63,804 nt of DNA from a bacterium (GCA_035280345.1 DATEGA010000227.1:1-63804); one strand, 5' to 3'. Positions 18,929 through 29,760 are shown, counted from the stretch's first letter. Notes: generated by a model from the sequence alone, not told the origin. Numbers and translations: made by a program.

Positions 18929-19166
18929 TTCGAGGAGTTGCGATACCGTCCCCAGGGGAACGCTGGCTGTCCGTAGTTAGCGGTGCGAGCGCGGACTTTT
19001 GTGGCCCCGAAGGGCGGCCGGACTGGCCCGACGAACCGGTCAGCAAGCTGGTGGCCGAGGGGTGACAGCGACTTCCGGATGCGCCCTCCATCTCGAACCG
19101 ATCGACATCGCCAAGCGGAACGCCAGAATTCGGTTCCCGGGGCTCGCGCCCGCATAGCAATCAACG

Positions 19167-19430
19167 ATGACAGGCATTTCGACGAGTGAGCAGTTGTTCG
19201 AGACGCTTCAGCGCCTCGTCGAGGCCTGGTGCGACCGGCGATGTCTGCGGGCGCTGCGGCATGTGCTGGCAGGCTACCCTCTGCCGTCGCCGCACACAGA
19301 CGGTTGGGGTGCCCTTTATGAGGCCCTTCGCCACGTGCGGGCTTCCGACCGCGACGAACTCACCGACCAAGAAGTGGAGACAGTCGACGATCTCATCGTC
19401 GCCGTCGGCGAACGGCTGTATCGGCGTTAG
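19167..19430 (+). CDS. hypothetical small helical protein (87 aa)
   Basis: ORF 19167..19430. Protein-like composition but no obvious SD. Lower-G+C region. Confidence 0.4.
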   Translation: MTGISTSEQLFETLQRLVEAWCDRRCLRALRHVLAGYPLPSPHTDGWGALYEALRHVRASDRDELTDQEVETVDDLIVAVGERLYRR

Positions 19431-19488
19431 AGCAGACGGTGCGGATGGCTGAAACCCGGACCTTGAAAGAGTCGCCAGGGAGGCGTCC

Positions 19489-20091
19489 ATGAAGTCGTCG
19501 CCGGACCTGCCCGCGATCGTCACATCGGCTGCGGCACAACGGAATCTGCGGCCTCGGGCCGACCTCCGCGAACCCGGCTGGACGTTCTGGGAATTGCGCA
19601 ACCTCAATATGCAGCGCGTGGTCGGCCTCGTGAACGAGCCTCGGCCGTTCGCGGACGCGCATGACCTGGATGCGGAAATCCGAGGTGTGGTTTTCCGGTA
19701 CTTTAAACCGGCCTGGTGGCGCGGGATGGCGTACGGGATCGTAGCGGACGTTCCCTCGATCACCCTCAGCCTCGATGATCTGAAGGTGACGGTCGACATC
19801 TACAACAATGCGAAGGGAACGTCGCAATGGTTGGTTCTCGTCAGCGATGACTCGGGCACGGCCGTCGGCGTGCACACATGGTTGGAATCGTACCTGAGTC
19901 CCGTGTACCGCAACATCCTGCAGGCGCTGTCGGACGCGGGGTACCGGATCGCGAGTGTTCGGAGGGAGAAAGACGGGTTGATGAAGTTCCTTACCGGTGT
20001 GGCGGACGCGGAAGCGGCGATCAGCAGTTTTGGCACCAGACGCGCCCGCTTCCCGGAGTTTCGGAACCCCTCGGGACCGACGAAGCAGTAG
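19489..20091 (+). CDS. hypothetical protein (200 aa)
   Basis: ORF 19489..20091. ATG lies 6 nt after GGGAGG. No family recognised. Confidence 0.55.
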   Translation: MKSSPDLPAIVTSAAAQRNLRPRADLREPGWTFWELRNLNMQRVVGLVNEPRPFADAHDLDAEIRGVVFRYFKPAWWRGMAYGIVADVPSITLSLDDLKVTVDIYNNAKGTSQWLVLVSDDSGTAVGVHTWLESYLSPVYRNILQALSDAGYRIASVRREKDGLMKFLTGVADAEAAISSFGTRRARFPEFRNPSGPTKQ

Positions 20092-20182
20092 AATCCGTCG
20101 CCGCATCTGGGTCGACCATCGATTGGCGCCGCGTCTATCGTTTTCTTCGGTACGACCTCGACCTTGGCTGTACGGGCGCCTT

Positions 20183-20210
20183 CACCGCACCCCCCGAAGA
20201 GGGTGCGGTG
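20183..20210. terminator. 10-bp hairpin between convergent genes
   Basis: CACCGCACCC-cccgaaga-GGGTGCGGTG. No U-tract. Confidence 0.35.
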
Positions 20211-20232
20211 ATGTCCGGCACGCGAGATTCCG

Positions 20233-22129
20233 CTACCGGATCAGCCCGAGCGCTCGCCAATACGGCACGCTCGCGGTGATGGCGATCAGAACCAACGCGG
20301 TCAGCAAGGCGCCGACGCGGAGTCCGTCACGGTTCGTGAACATCTCGCCTCTCGTGCCATCGCTCATGAGAATGTAAAAATCGCTGAGGTTGGGCAACAG
20401 CCACGCATTGCCGATCGTGAGGACGATAAAGCCGACGAGCCAGGGTGACAGCCCCAACTGCGCGGACACGGGAACGAAAGCGAGGATCAACAGAAAGTTT
20501 GAGGGGACGCGGGGGAGCACGAGACGGCAGGCCGCCACGAAGAGCCCGAGGAGCGCGACCATCGCGGCCGGCTGCCGCGCAAGGTGGGCAATGGGTGCAA
20601 AACTCCCGAACGATCCATCGGTCGATACCGACGGTGTGAAACACCGCCCCCGAACCAACGAGGAGCCCAAAGAGGATGAGGAAACTCCACTGCATGCCGC
20701 TGCGAAGGGTAGCTTGGTCCACGACTCGTCCAGCCAGCACAATGACGAACGCCAATGTCGCGAACCAAGCCGGATCGATACGGAGAACGGGCTCGAGCAG
20801 CATCCCGGCAAGTAAGCACGTCGCCGCCGCGATCGTCACGATCTCCTGTCGCGAAAGGGCGCCCAGGACGCGCTGCTGCCTTCTCAGCGCCTCCGGCGTA
20901 ACCAAAGCCGCTCGCTCAGGACGAAAAACCACCGACAGGAATGCAGGCACCCCGACAAAGACAAGGAGCCCGACCGGCGCGGCCCCTACCAGCCAACTGA
21001 GCCAGGTGATCCCGGCCCGTTCGGACGCCGGCAGCTGGCCGAGCAGAAAGAAGTTCGTCGCCAACGCCGTGAGAAACACGCTGCTGAAAATCGAATAGCC
21101 GACGAGCCCCGCAAATGCCAACCCGGCACTTGCTCGGCCCCTTTCGGTGTATCCAAGTGCCTGTGCCAACTCATGTGTGAGGCCCGCCGTGGAAAGCGAT
21201 CCGCCCGGACGCCAGCGGCACCAGCGGAGTCGTCAGCGCCCCACCGATCAAGAGCCCGAGCATTTGGCCGGTGTACGTAGCGGGCAGGACTCGGAGCAGC
21301 AGGAGTGTGAGCCTGAAGAAAAGACCCGAACGCGCCATCGCGGCGGCGAGGCCGACCGCCCCGAGCGCGAGCACCCACGTCGGGCTCGCAAATCCGGCAA
21401 AGGCGAGCGAGATCGGGACGAGCCCTGTGAAGCCCCACGCCGCTGTCATTGCCAGCGCGACGACGAAGTCGGGCGCCGGTTGGAACAGCCATCCGAGCGC
21501 CGCTCCCAACACAATCAGACTAACATGCCACCCCCTACGCTCAGGCCGCTCGGGGGAGCCGTAAGCCATAAGGCCATAGGCAGCGCAATGGGAACGGCGG
21601 CCGCGGCAGCCCGCCACGGGCGCGGCCGAATGCCCCGGGCTGCCGGCAAGGCGGCGGAAATCGTTTGCCGCGTCGCAGGCACCGCCCCTGCATGCTCACG
21701 GGAGCGGTCTTCAATCAATCGCGCGAGGGACGCCGCTACCCCCGCGCCCACCGCGGCACGTTCATGGAGCACTTGGTCGAACCGGTGGCGCGGGAGCGTC
21801 CAGGCTTCGACCTCGGTTACCGCGCGCGCCGAGGCGGTCCGACGCGCGAGGAGCAAGCCGAGCTCACCGAGGTACCCGGGGCCCTCCACAACGACGACCG
21901 CCCGCTCGCCATGCTCGGCCTTTACGATGATTTGGACCTTCCCGGCCTCGAGTAGATAGAGCGCGTCAGCCGCCGCTCCCTCGGAAAAGATCAGGGCACC
22001 GGCCTCCAGATGCACTTTCTCCAGCGCCCCTACCAGCCGTGCGATGTCGACGCGGTCGAGACCGCGAAAAAATGGCACACGGCGCAGCAGATTTTCCACA
22101 GGCTCGGAAGTGGAGGCGGCCGCGGCCAT
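20233..22129 (-). pseudogene. cyclic-nucleotide-binding domain fused to a DASS/SLC13-like anion permease, disrupted by about three frameshifts
   Basis: Four minus-strand ORF pieces (22129-21515, 21617-21171, 21169-20327, 20811-20233) read as one continuous protein if the frame is changed near 21530, 21195 and 20610. Confidence 0.7.
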
Positions 22130-22209
22130 GCATCGTTGTTCTCCGCACTTGTCTTGCGGCCCCCTTCATCAGTCTTGAAGGCGAGAAATGGCCTGATCAA
22201 GTCGGCGCC

Positions 22210-22395
22210 ATGTGGGAAGACTTCAAGGTCGGGATGGAGCACCTGACACGTTGGGAACGGGTCGCGGTCGTGACCAATATCGAATGGATCAGAAATACAG
22301 TGCGGCTGTTTGGTTTCCTGATGCCGGGCAGGGTGAAGATCTTTCTGACACCGGCCGCGGCTGAAGCGCGTGCTTGGATCACCGGGGCCGACTAG
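22210..22395 (+). CDS. C-terminal fragment of a SpoIIAA-like/STAS (DUF3478-like) protein
   Basis: MWEDFKVGMEHLTRWERVAVVTNIEWIRNTVRLFGFLMPGRVKIF matches only the C-terminal half of this family. The N-terminal half is missing or overlaps the pseudogene start. Confidence 0.4.
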   Translation: MWEDFKVGMEHLTRWERVAVVTNIEWIRNTVRLFGFLMPGRVKIFLTPAAAEARAWITGAD

Positions 22396-22455
22396 CTCAC
22401 GATCGCCCAACGAACGTTCCGGCGGTGCCGATGCGCGGCGCCATCGGGCAATTTG

Positions 22456-22511
22456 TCTTATTCCGAGCGTAACAGCAACTGGCGCCGATCCCATCGGATC
22501 GGCATCCGATG
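22456..22511. ncRNA. copy 1 of a conserved ~55-nt element with hairpin (candidate cis-regulatory RNA)
   Basis: TCTTATTCCGAGCGTAACAG...CATCGGAT-cggc-ATCCGATG. Similar to 38257..38311. Confidence 0.3.
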
Positions 22512-22725
22512 TTGACGCGCGGTAAGACGTTCAACCGCCCAGTCGGTTTTTAGTTTCGTTCGCCCCTAAACTACGTAGGGAACGCGCGAGACAACGGTAT
22601 GGCGACACTCGTAGTCGTGCCTGGCCGGCCACTCGGTCGTGTCCGGAGCGTATTTCGTCGGCCGGCGAACGCGGGCGGTTCAGACCCCGATGACATCGTC
22701 GAATCAAACTTGCTGAGGTACTGTA

Positions 22726-23673
22726 TTACTGACTGTGCATCATCCGCTGGTCATAATAATGGTCTCGCCAGATCAGCTTGTAGAGGCCAAGATAACGAGG
22801 AAGACGATTAAGCCCCGGGATAAACGGCACCAATATAAGCATCAACGTCAACGCGGCCATCGTGAGCCATACATACGCATCGCCATTCGGTGACGTCGAA
22901 TAGGGCGGAATCTGGTACCAAAATGTGTACAGCCACAACCACGCTTGCCCGGGATAACTGCCGGTTTCGTTCATCATGCCCCACTGGGTCCCGAGCAGGT
23001 GCGTCGCGGCCGCTTCGGAGTGCATCGGGTCTCCCTGAATGAACAGCAGCGGCCTCGTGTAATCGGTTTGATAGAAGTGCGAACTGGTGAGCAAGAAACC
23101 GTCCAACGCCCCGCTTTGACCCATGCTCAGAAGGTTTGCCATCAGGGTACCGACCGGGCCATAATCGCCCGCCGGAACGCTGACCGCGTGCCCCCGGATC
23201 AAGGCCTTGGTCAGCGCGCCCCGGTAAGCCTTTTCCCAATCCTGCTGCAGGTGGGGCGCCGCCTCGAACGCCGCGAGCGCGCGCGCGAGCCGGTCATCGT
23301 AGCGGGCCAGTTCATGCAACGGATCGATAACGAAATCGCGCGCGGTGTCGATCGGAGTCTGCACCCCCATCGCCTTCTGGAGGGAGACTGGACCGATGTA
23401 TTGTACCGACCCCGTTCCATGATTGTACGGTGGCCCGTAGGACGCGATGTCTCCGCCGCCGTCGAGGTCTCCGAGCGCCACTTGCAAGAACACAAGCGGC
23501 GTCTCGCCGGCCACCCGCCTGATCGTGAGCGGCGGCACGTCGGGAGACGAAAAGACGGCCGCCAGCACAAGAACCGCTACAATCACGGCGCCGGACGCCA
23601 CCAGCGCCTCCTTAACCAAATCGTATGGCGCCATGCGGACGCCGCGATAATATTCTTCGGGCCGCAGACTCAT
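22726..23673 (-). CDS. hypothetical membrane protein downstream of cytochrome b (no Cys, large extracytoplasmic domain)
   Basis: ATG at 23673 (MSLRPEEYY), 31 nt after the cytochrome b stop. One N-terminal TM segment, about 220 aa of soluble region, then C-terminal hydrophobic segments (WLWLYTFWYQIPPY, AYVWLTMAALTLMLILVPFIPG). Confidence 0.6.
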   Translation of the reverse strand: MSLRPEEYYRGVRMAPYDLVKEALVASGAVIVAVLVLAAVFSSPDVPPLTIRRVAGETPLVFLQVALGDLDGGGDIASYGPPYNHGTGSVQYIGPVSLQKAMGVQTPIDTARDFVIDPLHELARYDDRLARALAAFEAAPHLQQDWEKAYRGALTKALIRGHAVSVPAGDYGPVGTLMANLLSMGQSGALDGFLLTSSHFYQTDYTRPLLFIQGDPMHSEAAATHLLGTQWGMMNETGSYPGQAWLWLYTFWYQIPPYSTSPNGDAYVWLTMAALTLMLILVPFIPGLNRLPRYLGLYKLIWRDHYYDQRMMHSQ

Positions 23674-23704
23674 GATACGAACCCTGCGATGCCGTGCACT
23701 GGGG

Positions 23705-24340
23705 CTACGCCTTGGGCGCGGTGCGGCGCCCGGCGGGTGAGGGCGTCCGCTCCTCCGGCGGGTACGGCTTGACCACGCCGCGGAGCCGGACCTGCAACAC
23801 ATGCACGACGACCAGCAGCGCAACCAGCCACGGCAGAATGAAAACGTGAAAGCCGTACATCTGCCCGAAGTTGAGCAGGTTGAAGAATCCCCCAAGGCCG
23901 ACGGCGTTCATCGCGTCCTTGCCTTGCACGGCGATCCACTGTGAATCGAAGTTCTGCTGCGAGAGGTAGCCCGTGAATGCCGTGCCGATGGCCGCCACGA
24001 ACGTGACCGCTCCGGTCACCCACGTCATGGCGCGGCCGTCGCGCCAGGCGCCCATGAAGAACTGCGCCCAAAGATGGAGCACCATGCAGAAAAAGAACAC
24101 CTGCACGCTCCAGAAGTGGATGCTATTGAAGAAGCGCCCCGTTGCGGACCCGTGCCACCACTGAGGGCCGAACGCGGCCAGCACCGTGCCCGAGAGCACG
24201 AGCAGCACAAAGCTGACCAAGGTAAGAATGCCGAGCAGGTAGACGTACGAGTGGACGTATGCGGGCTGCTGATCCGGGAGCAGGCGCTCAGGCGGCAGCG
24301 CCCGCACGACCCGTTCGCGAATCTGCCGCGTGAGGCTCAT
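23705..24340 (-). CDS. cytochrome b, N-terminal (b6-like) four-helix subunit
   Basis: ORF 23705..24340. Heme-ligand His pairs: IHFW...VLHLW (13 residues between) and GFHVF...VVVHVL (14 residues between, b6-type spacing). Confidence 0.85.
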   Translation of the reverse strand: MSLTRQIRERVVRALPPERLLPDQQPAYVHSYVYLLGILTLVSFVLLVLSGTVLAAFGPQWWHGSATGRFFNSIHFWSVQVFFFCMVLHLWAQFFMGAWRDGRAMTWVTGAVTFVAAIGTAFTGYLSQQNFDSQWIAVQGKDAMNAVGLGGFFNLLNFGQMYGFHVFILPWLVALLVVVHVLQVRLRGVVKPYPPEERTPSPAGRRTAPKA

Positions 24341-24492
24341 AGGTCAAGCCTCTCTTTGCCGCCGCGCGCTCGCGGGAACGGCAGCGCAATGGCGAGGATG
24401 AAGGCCACCACCATCGCGGCGATCACGACGAGATTCGGCACCGAGATCAGAAAAATCGAAAAGTGCAGGTATGTTGCCGGGCTGCTCAGCAT
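24337..24492 (-). CDS. 51-aa single-TM protein, translationally coupled to cytochrome b
   Basis: ATG at 24492 follows GGGAGGTGG. The stop overlaps the cytochrome b ATG (ATGA). Product MLSSPATYLHFSIFLISVPNLVVIAAMVVAFILAIALPFP... Confidence 0.55.
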   Translation of the reverse strand: MLSSPATYLHFSIFLISVPNLVVIAAMVVAFILAIALPFPRARGGKERLDL

Positions 24493-24710
24493 TGCAGCCA
24501 CCTCCCTGCGCGGGGCCGCGATCGCTCGAGCCTTCACTCCCGTGCAATGAGTTCCTCTCCGGCGCAAGGCGTTGGGAACGCCTAGGAGGGCCTGCCGGTT
24601 AAAGGAAGCACCCGCCCATCGAGCCGACGGCAGCCAACGCGGCGAGCGTCCGTCGAACGACGAGAGGACGACAAAGCTACCGGTAGCCAATAATAGGATC
24701 GGGGGTCAAC

Positions 24711-26693
<1,983 letters not shown>

Positions 26694-26814
26694 GGTCGGG
26701 GCAGCGCGTCACCGCGCTGGATGACGGTCTCCATCCCGTTCGCCCCGAACGCCTTAAGGCCGTGCGCGGCGCCGGCCTGATAGCGCGTGGGTTTCCCTGC
26801 CCACGTAGAGCGAA

Positions 26815-27993
26815 TCACCCGCTCGCAGGCTCGCGGAGCAGGCCCACCCGCCGTAAGAGTATGCCGATCGATAGCCCTTGGACGAGAAGCGTAAACAGCA
26901 CCAGACCGTAGACTCCCGACGCGATCTCGTGCCGCCCCGGGAGGTCTGGCGCCAGACTCAAGACGAGTGCCACGGCCATCCCTCCGCGGAGCCCACCCCA
27001 CACCAGCACATGCCGCCACGGCACGGGAATCGCTGCGCCGATGCGCCCGAACAGCGCGGAAAGGGCATAGACGCTTCCCGCCCGCGCAACCAGCGCAGCC
27101 GCCGCGACAATGGCGATCAGGCCCGCGAGATCGTACAGCGGCTTCCAGGGCACGGCGAGCCCGATGAGCAGGAAGAGGGCGGAGTTGGCGAGGAACACGA
27201 TGACCTCCCACAACGTCGCCGTAGTGCGCCGGCCGGCCTCGGTCAGAGTGTGGGGGCCGGCGTTCCCGAACACGACACCGGCGACCACCACCGCGATCAC
27301 GCCGCTGGCGTGGATGCCGTCGGCGGCGATGAACGCAGATATGGCCAGAATCAGACTTCCGAGGGTCTCGACCAGGTGCTGCCGGATGCGGCTCAGGGCA
27401 ACGCCGATCCCGACGGCGAAGGCGATTCCCACCAGCGTTCCCATCCCAAGGAGCCAGACGAATTGTCCCGCCGCCGCAGCCACCCCCGGAGTGCTTGGGG
27501 CCGACGCAAGCGTAAAAAGGACGAACGCCACCGCGTCGTTGAACACCGCCTCCCCCTCAAGAATCGTGCCTAACCGGGTGTCGAGCCGCGCCTCTCGAAC
27601 GAGCGCGATGACGCCCACGGGATCGATCGCCGAGGCAATCGCGCCGAGGAGGAAGGCCGACCGGAGCGGCAGATGCCACGTCAGCGCGGCGGCTCCGCCG
27701 ATGACCGCGACGGCCACAAGGGTCGCCGCCACGGCCAACCCGCCGACCAGCCATCCGTACGTCTTGAGATGGGCCGCCGAGAGGTGCAGGCCGCCTTCGA
27801 ACAACAGGGGCAGCACCAACAACGTGACGAGGCCCTCGGGGGTGATTCTAATGGATGGAATCAGGTGGAAGTTCCCCGCGGCGAGACCCGCGAGGACGAG
27901 CGCGATCGTGTACGGAAGACGAAGGCCCTCCGCGATGACGGAGACGACCGCGGCGGCCAACAAGAATCCGAGCGTGACATGCAAGATGTCCAT
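26815..27993 (-). CDS. cation:proton antiporter (CPA1/NhaP-type)
   Basis: ORF 26815..28137. ATG at 27993 (MDILHVTLGF) preferred. Polytopic, Na+/H+ exchanger-like. Confidence 0.75.
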   Translation of the reverse strand: MDILHVTLGFLLAAAVVSVIAEGLRLPYTIALVLAGLAAGNFHLIPSIRITPEGLVTLLVLPLLFEGGLHLSAAHLKTYGWLVGGLAVAATLVAVAVIGGAAALTWHLPLRSAFLLGAIASAIDPVGVIALVREARLDTRLGTILEGEAVFNDAVAFVLFTLASAPSTPGVAAAAGQFVWLLGMGTLVGIAFAVGIGVALSRIRQHLVETLGSLILAISAFIAADGIHASGVIAVVVAGVVFGNAGPHTLTEAGRRTTATLWEVIVFLANSALFLLIGLAVPWKPLYDLAGLIAIVAAAALVARAGSVYALSALFGRIGAAIPVPWRHVLVWGGLRGGMAVALVLSLAPDLPGRHEIASGVYGLVLFTLLVQGLSIGILLRRVGLLREPASG

Positions 27994-28206
27994 GCGAGCG
28001 GAAGGGGCCGGCCCGTTTTCCGATGCCGTTTGTTCGCACTCCTCCGGTCGAGCCCTCTGTCTTGCCGGCGCCTCAATCTCCGGCCGATCCTGGGCCTGAC
28101 GGGAGGTCTGCAAGTGGCGCACAAAACGGGGGCCCACTCCGCTTTCGGAGTCATCCTCCAGGTGTCCGAGGAGCGGCGGCGCGCCGTTTATGAACAGATC
28201 AAAGGA

Positions 28207-29760
28207 ATGTCCAGCCCAAAGGCGTCCTTCTGGATCATGGTCGGCATCTCCACGATCATCGCCGCCTACGGACTGCTGTCCAATAGCACCGCGGTGGTCA
28301 TCGGGGCGATGCTGGTGGCGCCGCTCATGGGCCCGATTTTCGGCATCGCGCTCGCCTTGTTGGGCGGCGATCGCCGCCTTCTCGGCCGGGCCGCCGTCGG
28401 CGAGGCGGCCGGCGTCGCGCTCGCCGTCGCGCTCGGCGTCCTCATCGGGCTCTTGCCGCTGCGGCCCGAGTTCGGGTCGGAGATCCTCTCACGGACCGCG
28501 CCGACGATCTACGATCTCATGATCGCCGTGGCGTCCGGACTCGCGGGCGCCTACGCGCTGATCGACGAACGGCTCAGCCCCACGCTGCCGGGGGTGGCCA
28601 TGGCGACCGCCATCGTCCCGCCGCTGGCGACCTGCGGCCTCGCGCTGGCGGCCGGCCGGTGGAATTGGGCCTTCGGCGCCTTCCTGCTCTTCTTCGGCAA
28701 CTTTCTTGCCATTGAGATCGCGGCCGCCGTCGTGTTCGCCGGATTCCGCCTCGCCGGCGCCCATACGGATCAGGGCGTGTTCAGCACACGCTTCGTCCGC
28801 CGGTTCGGGACGAGCCTAATCGCGCTGCTCGCCGTCGGCGTCTTCATGACCCAGACGCTCGTCACCCTGGTCGACCACCGCCGGTTCGAGACAGCCCTGC
28901 ACGACATCCTCGCCGCGCAGGTGGGCTCTACGCTCGGCGCGTGGATATCGGATGTCCACGTCGATCGCCGGAACCGCGCGATCGACGTCCTGGCGACGGT
29001 CGTGACGCCCCAGGCCTTCGACCCGCCGCAGGTCGCGGGCATGGAAGCCGCATTGCGCACCCGGCTGAATCCGCACATTCACCTCGTGATCCGTTCCGTG
29101 ATCTCGCAGGACGACGACGCGAACGGACCGGTATTTGTGCCCGAAGAAGAACAGGCTCGTCAGAGAGAACGCGCGGCGCAGACGCAATTCTTGACGACGG
29201 CGTCCACGACGCTGAAGAACGCCCTCGCACTGGTGGCCGGTGCGCAGCTCGTCGACATCCGTCGGGACGAGGCACAGGGGCAGACCACCGTGCAGGTGGT
29301 CGTGCGCACGCCCACCGCGATTGCCCCGGCGGAGGTGGCGGCGATCGAGCTGACACTGCAGCAGGCGCTCGGGATGCCCCTTCACCTCGTCGTGCGATCG
29401 GTGCTGACGCGCGATGCCGACGCGCGCGGCTACCTCTATGTGACGCAGGAGGCGCCGCTCGCCGGCGAGGCGCTCGTCTTCCATAACCGCGTGCAGCGCG
29501 GATTGCAGAATCAGTTAAAGCGCGTTCCCGGGGCCAGTCTCGAGGAGTTTCGCTATGAACGGCGGGACGGGCGTCTTGATATCCTGGCCACAGTGCGCGC
29601 CCCTCGCATGATCGAGCCCGGCGACGTGCGGAGGATCGAGGAGGCCTTCCGGACGTACGTCGATCCGGCAACGGATCTGATCGTACGGGTATCGGTGGGC
29701 GCCGACGTGTTCGCCGCCGGGTTCCTCGCCGATCCTCCGCGGACTCCCGCGCGGCCCTGA
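28207..29760 (+). CDS. DUF389-family membrane protein with a C-terminal triple-repeat domain
   Basis: Part of ORF 27673..29760. DUF389 core AVVIGAMLVAPLMGPI. ATG at 28207 (a GTG at 28162 is also possible). Three ~90-aa repeats in the C-terminal half. Confidence 0.7.
   Translation: MSSPKASFWIMVGISTIIAAYGLLSNSTAVVIGAMLVAPLMGPIFGIALALLGGDRRLLGRAAVGEAAGVALAVALGVLIGLLPLRPEFGSEILSRTAPTIYDLMIAVASGLAGAYALIDERLSPTLPGVAMATAIVPPLATCGLALAAGRWNWAFGAFLLFFGNFLAIEIAAAVVFAGFRLAGAHTDQGVFSTRFVRRFGTSLIALLAVGVFMTQTLVTLVDHRRFETALHDILAAQVGSTLGAWISDVHVDRRNRAIDVLATVVTPQAFDPPQVAGMEAALRTRLNPHIHLVIRSVISQDDDANGPVFVPEEEQARQRERAAQTQFLTTASTTLKNALALVAGAQLVDIRRDEAQGQTTVQVVVRTPTAIAPAEVAAIELTLQQALGMPLHLVVRSVLTRDADARGYLYVTQEAPLAGEALVFHNRVQRGLQNQLKRVPGASLEEFRYERRDGRLDILATVRAPRMIEPGDVRRIEEAFRTYVDPATDLIVRVSVGADVFAAGFLADPPRTPARP

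Noticed and set aside
18856-19164. 102-aa and 94-aa minus-strand ORFs in the flp upstream region
   Set aside because: They are Arg-rich, have no SD and no family resemblance. The region is better described by the duplicated 74-nt element. No second Flp-like ORF was found after repeat copy 2.
22599-22811. 70-aa plus-strand ORF
   Set aside because: It has no ribosome-binding site, overlaps the end of the convergent membrane-protein gene, and has an unconvincing composition.
24570-24584. Palindrome GGCGTT-ggg-AACGCC upstream of the cytochrome b operon as a further motif copy
   Set aside because: It shares only the outer GCGTT/AACGC words. The spacing (3 nt) and the missing GTAAAC and AAATT parts differ from the eight counted copies.
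27110-28099. 329-aa plus-strand ORF and the upstream part of ORF 27673..29760
   Set aside because: They are antisense to the NhaP-type antiporter. DUF389 similarity starts only near 28162-28207.
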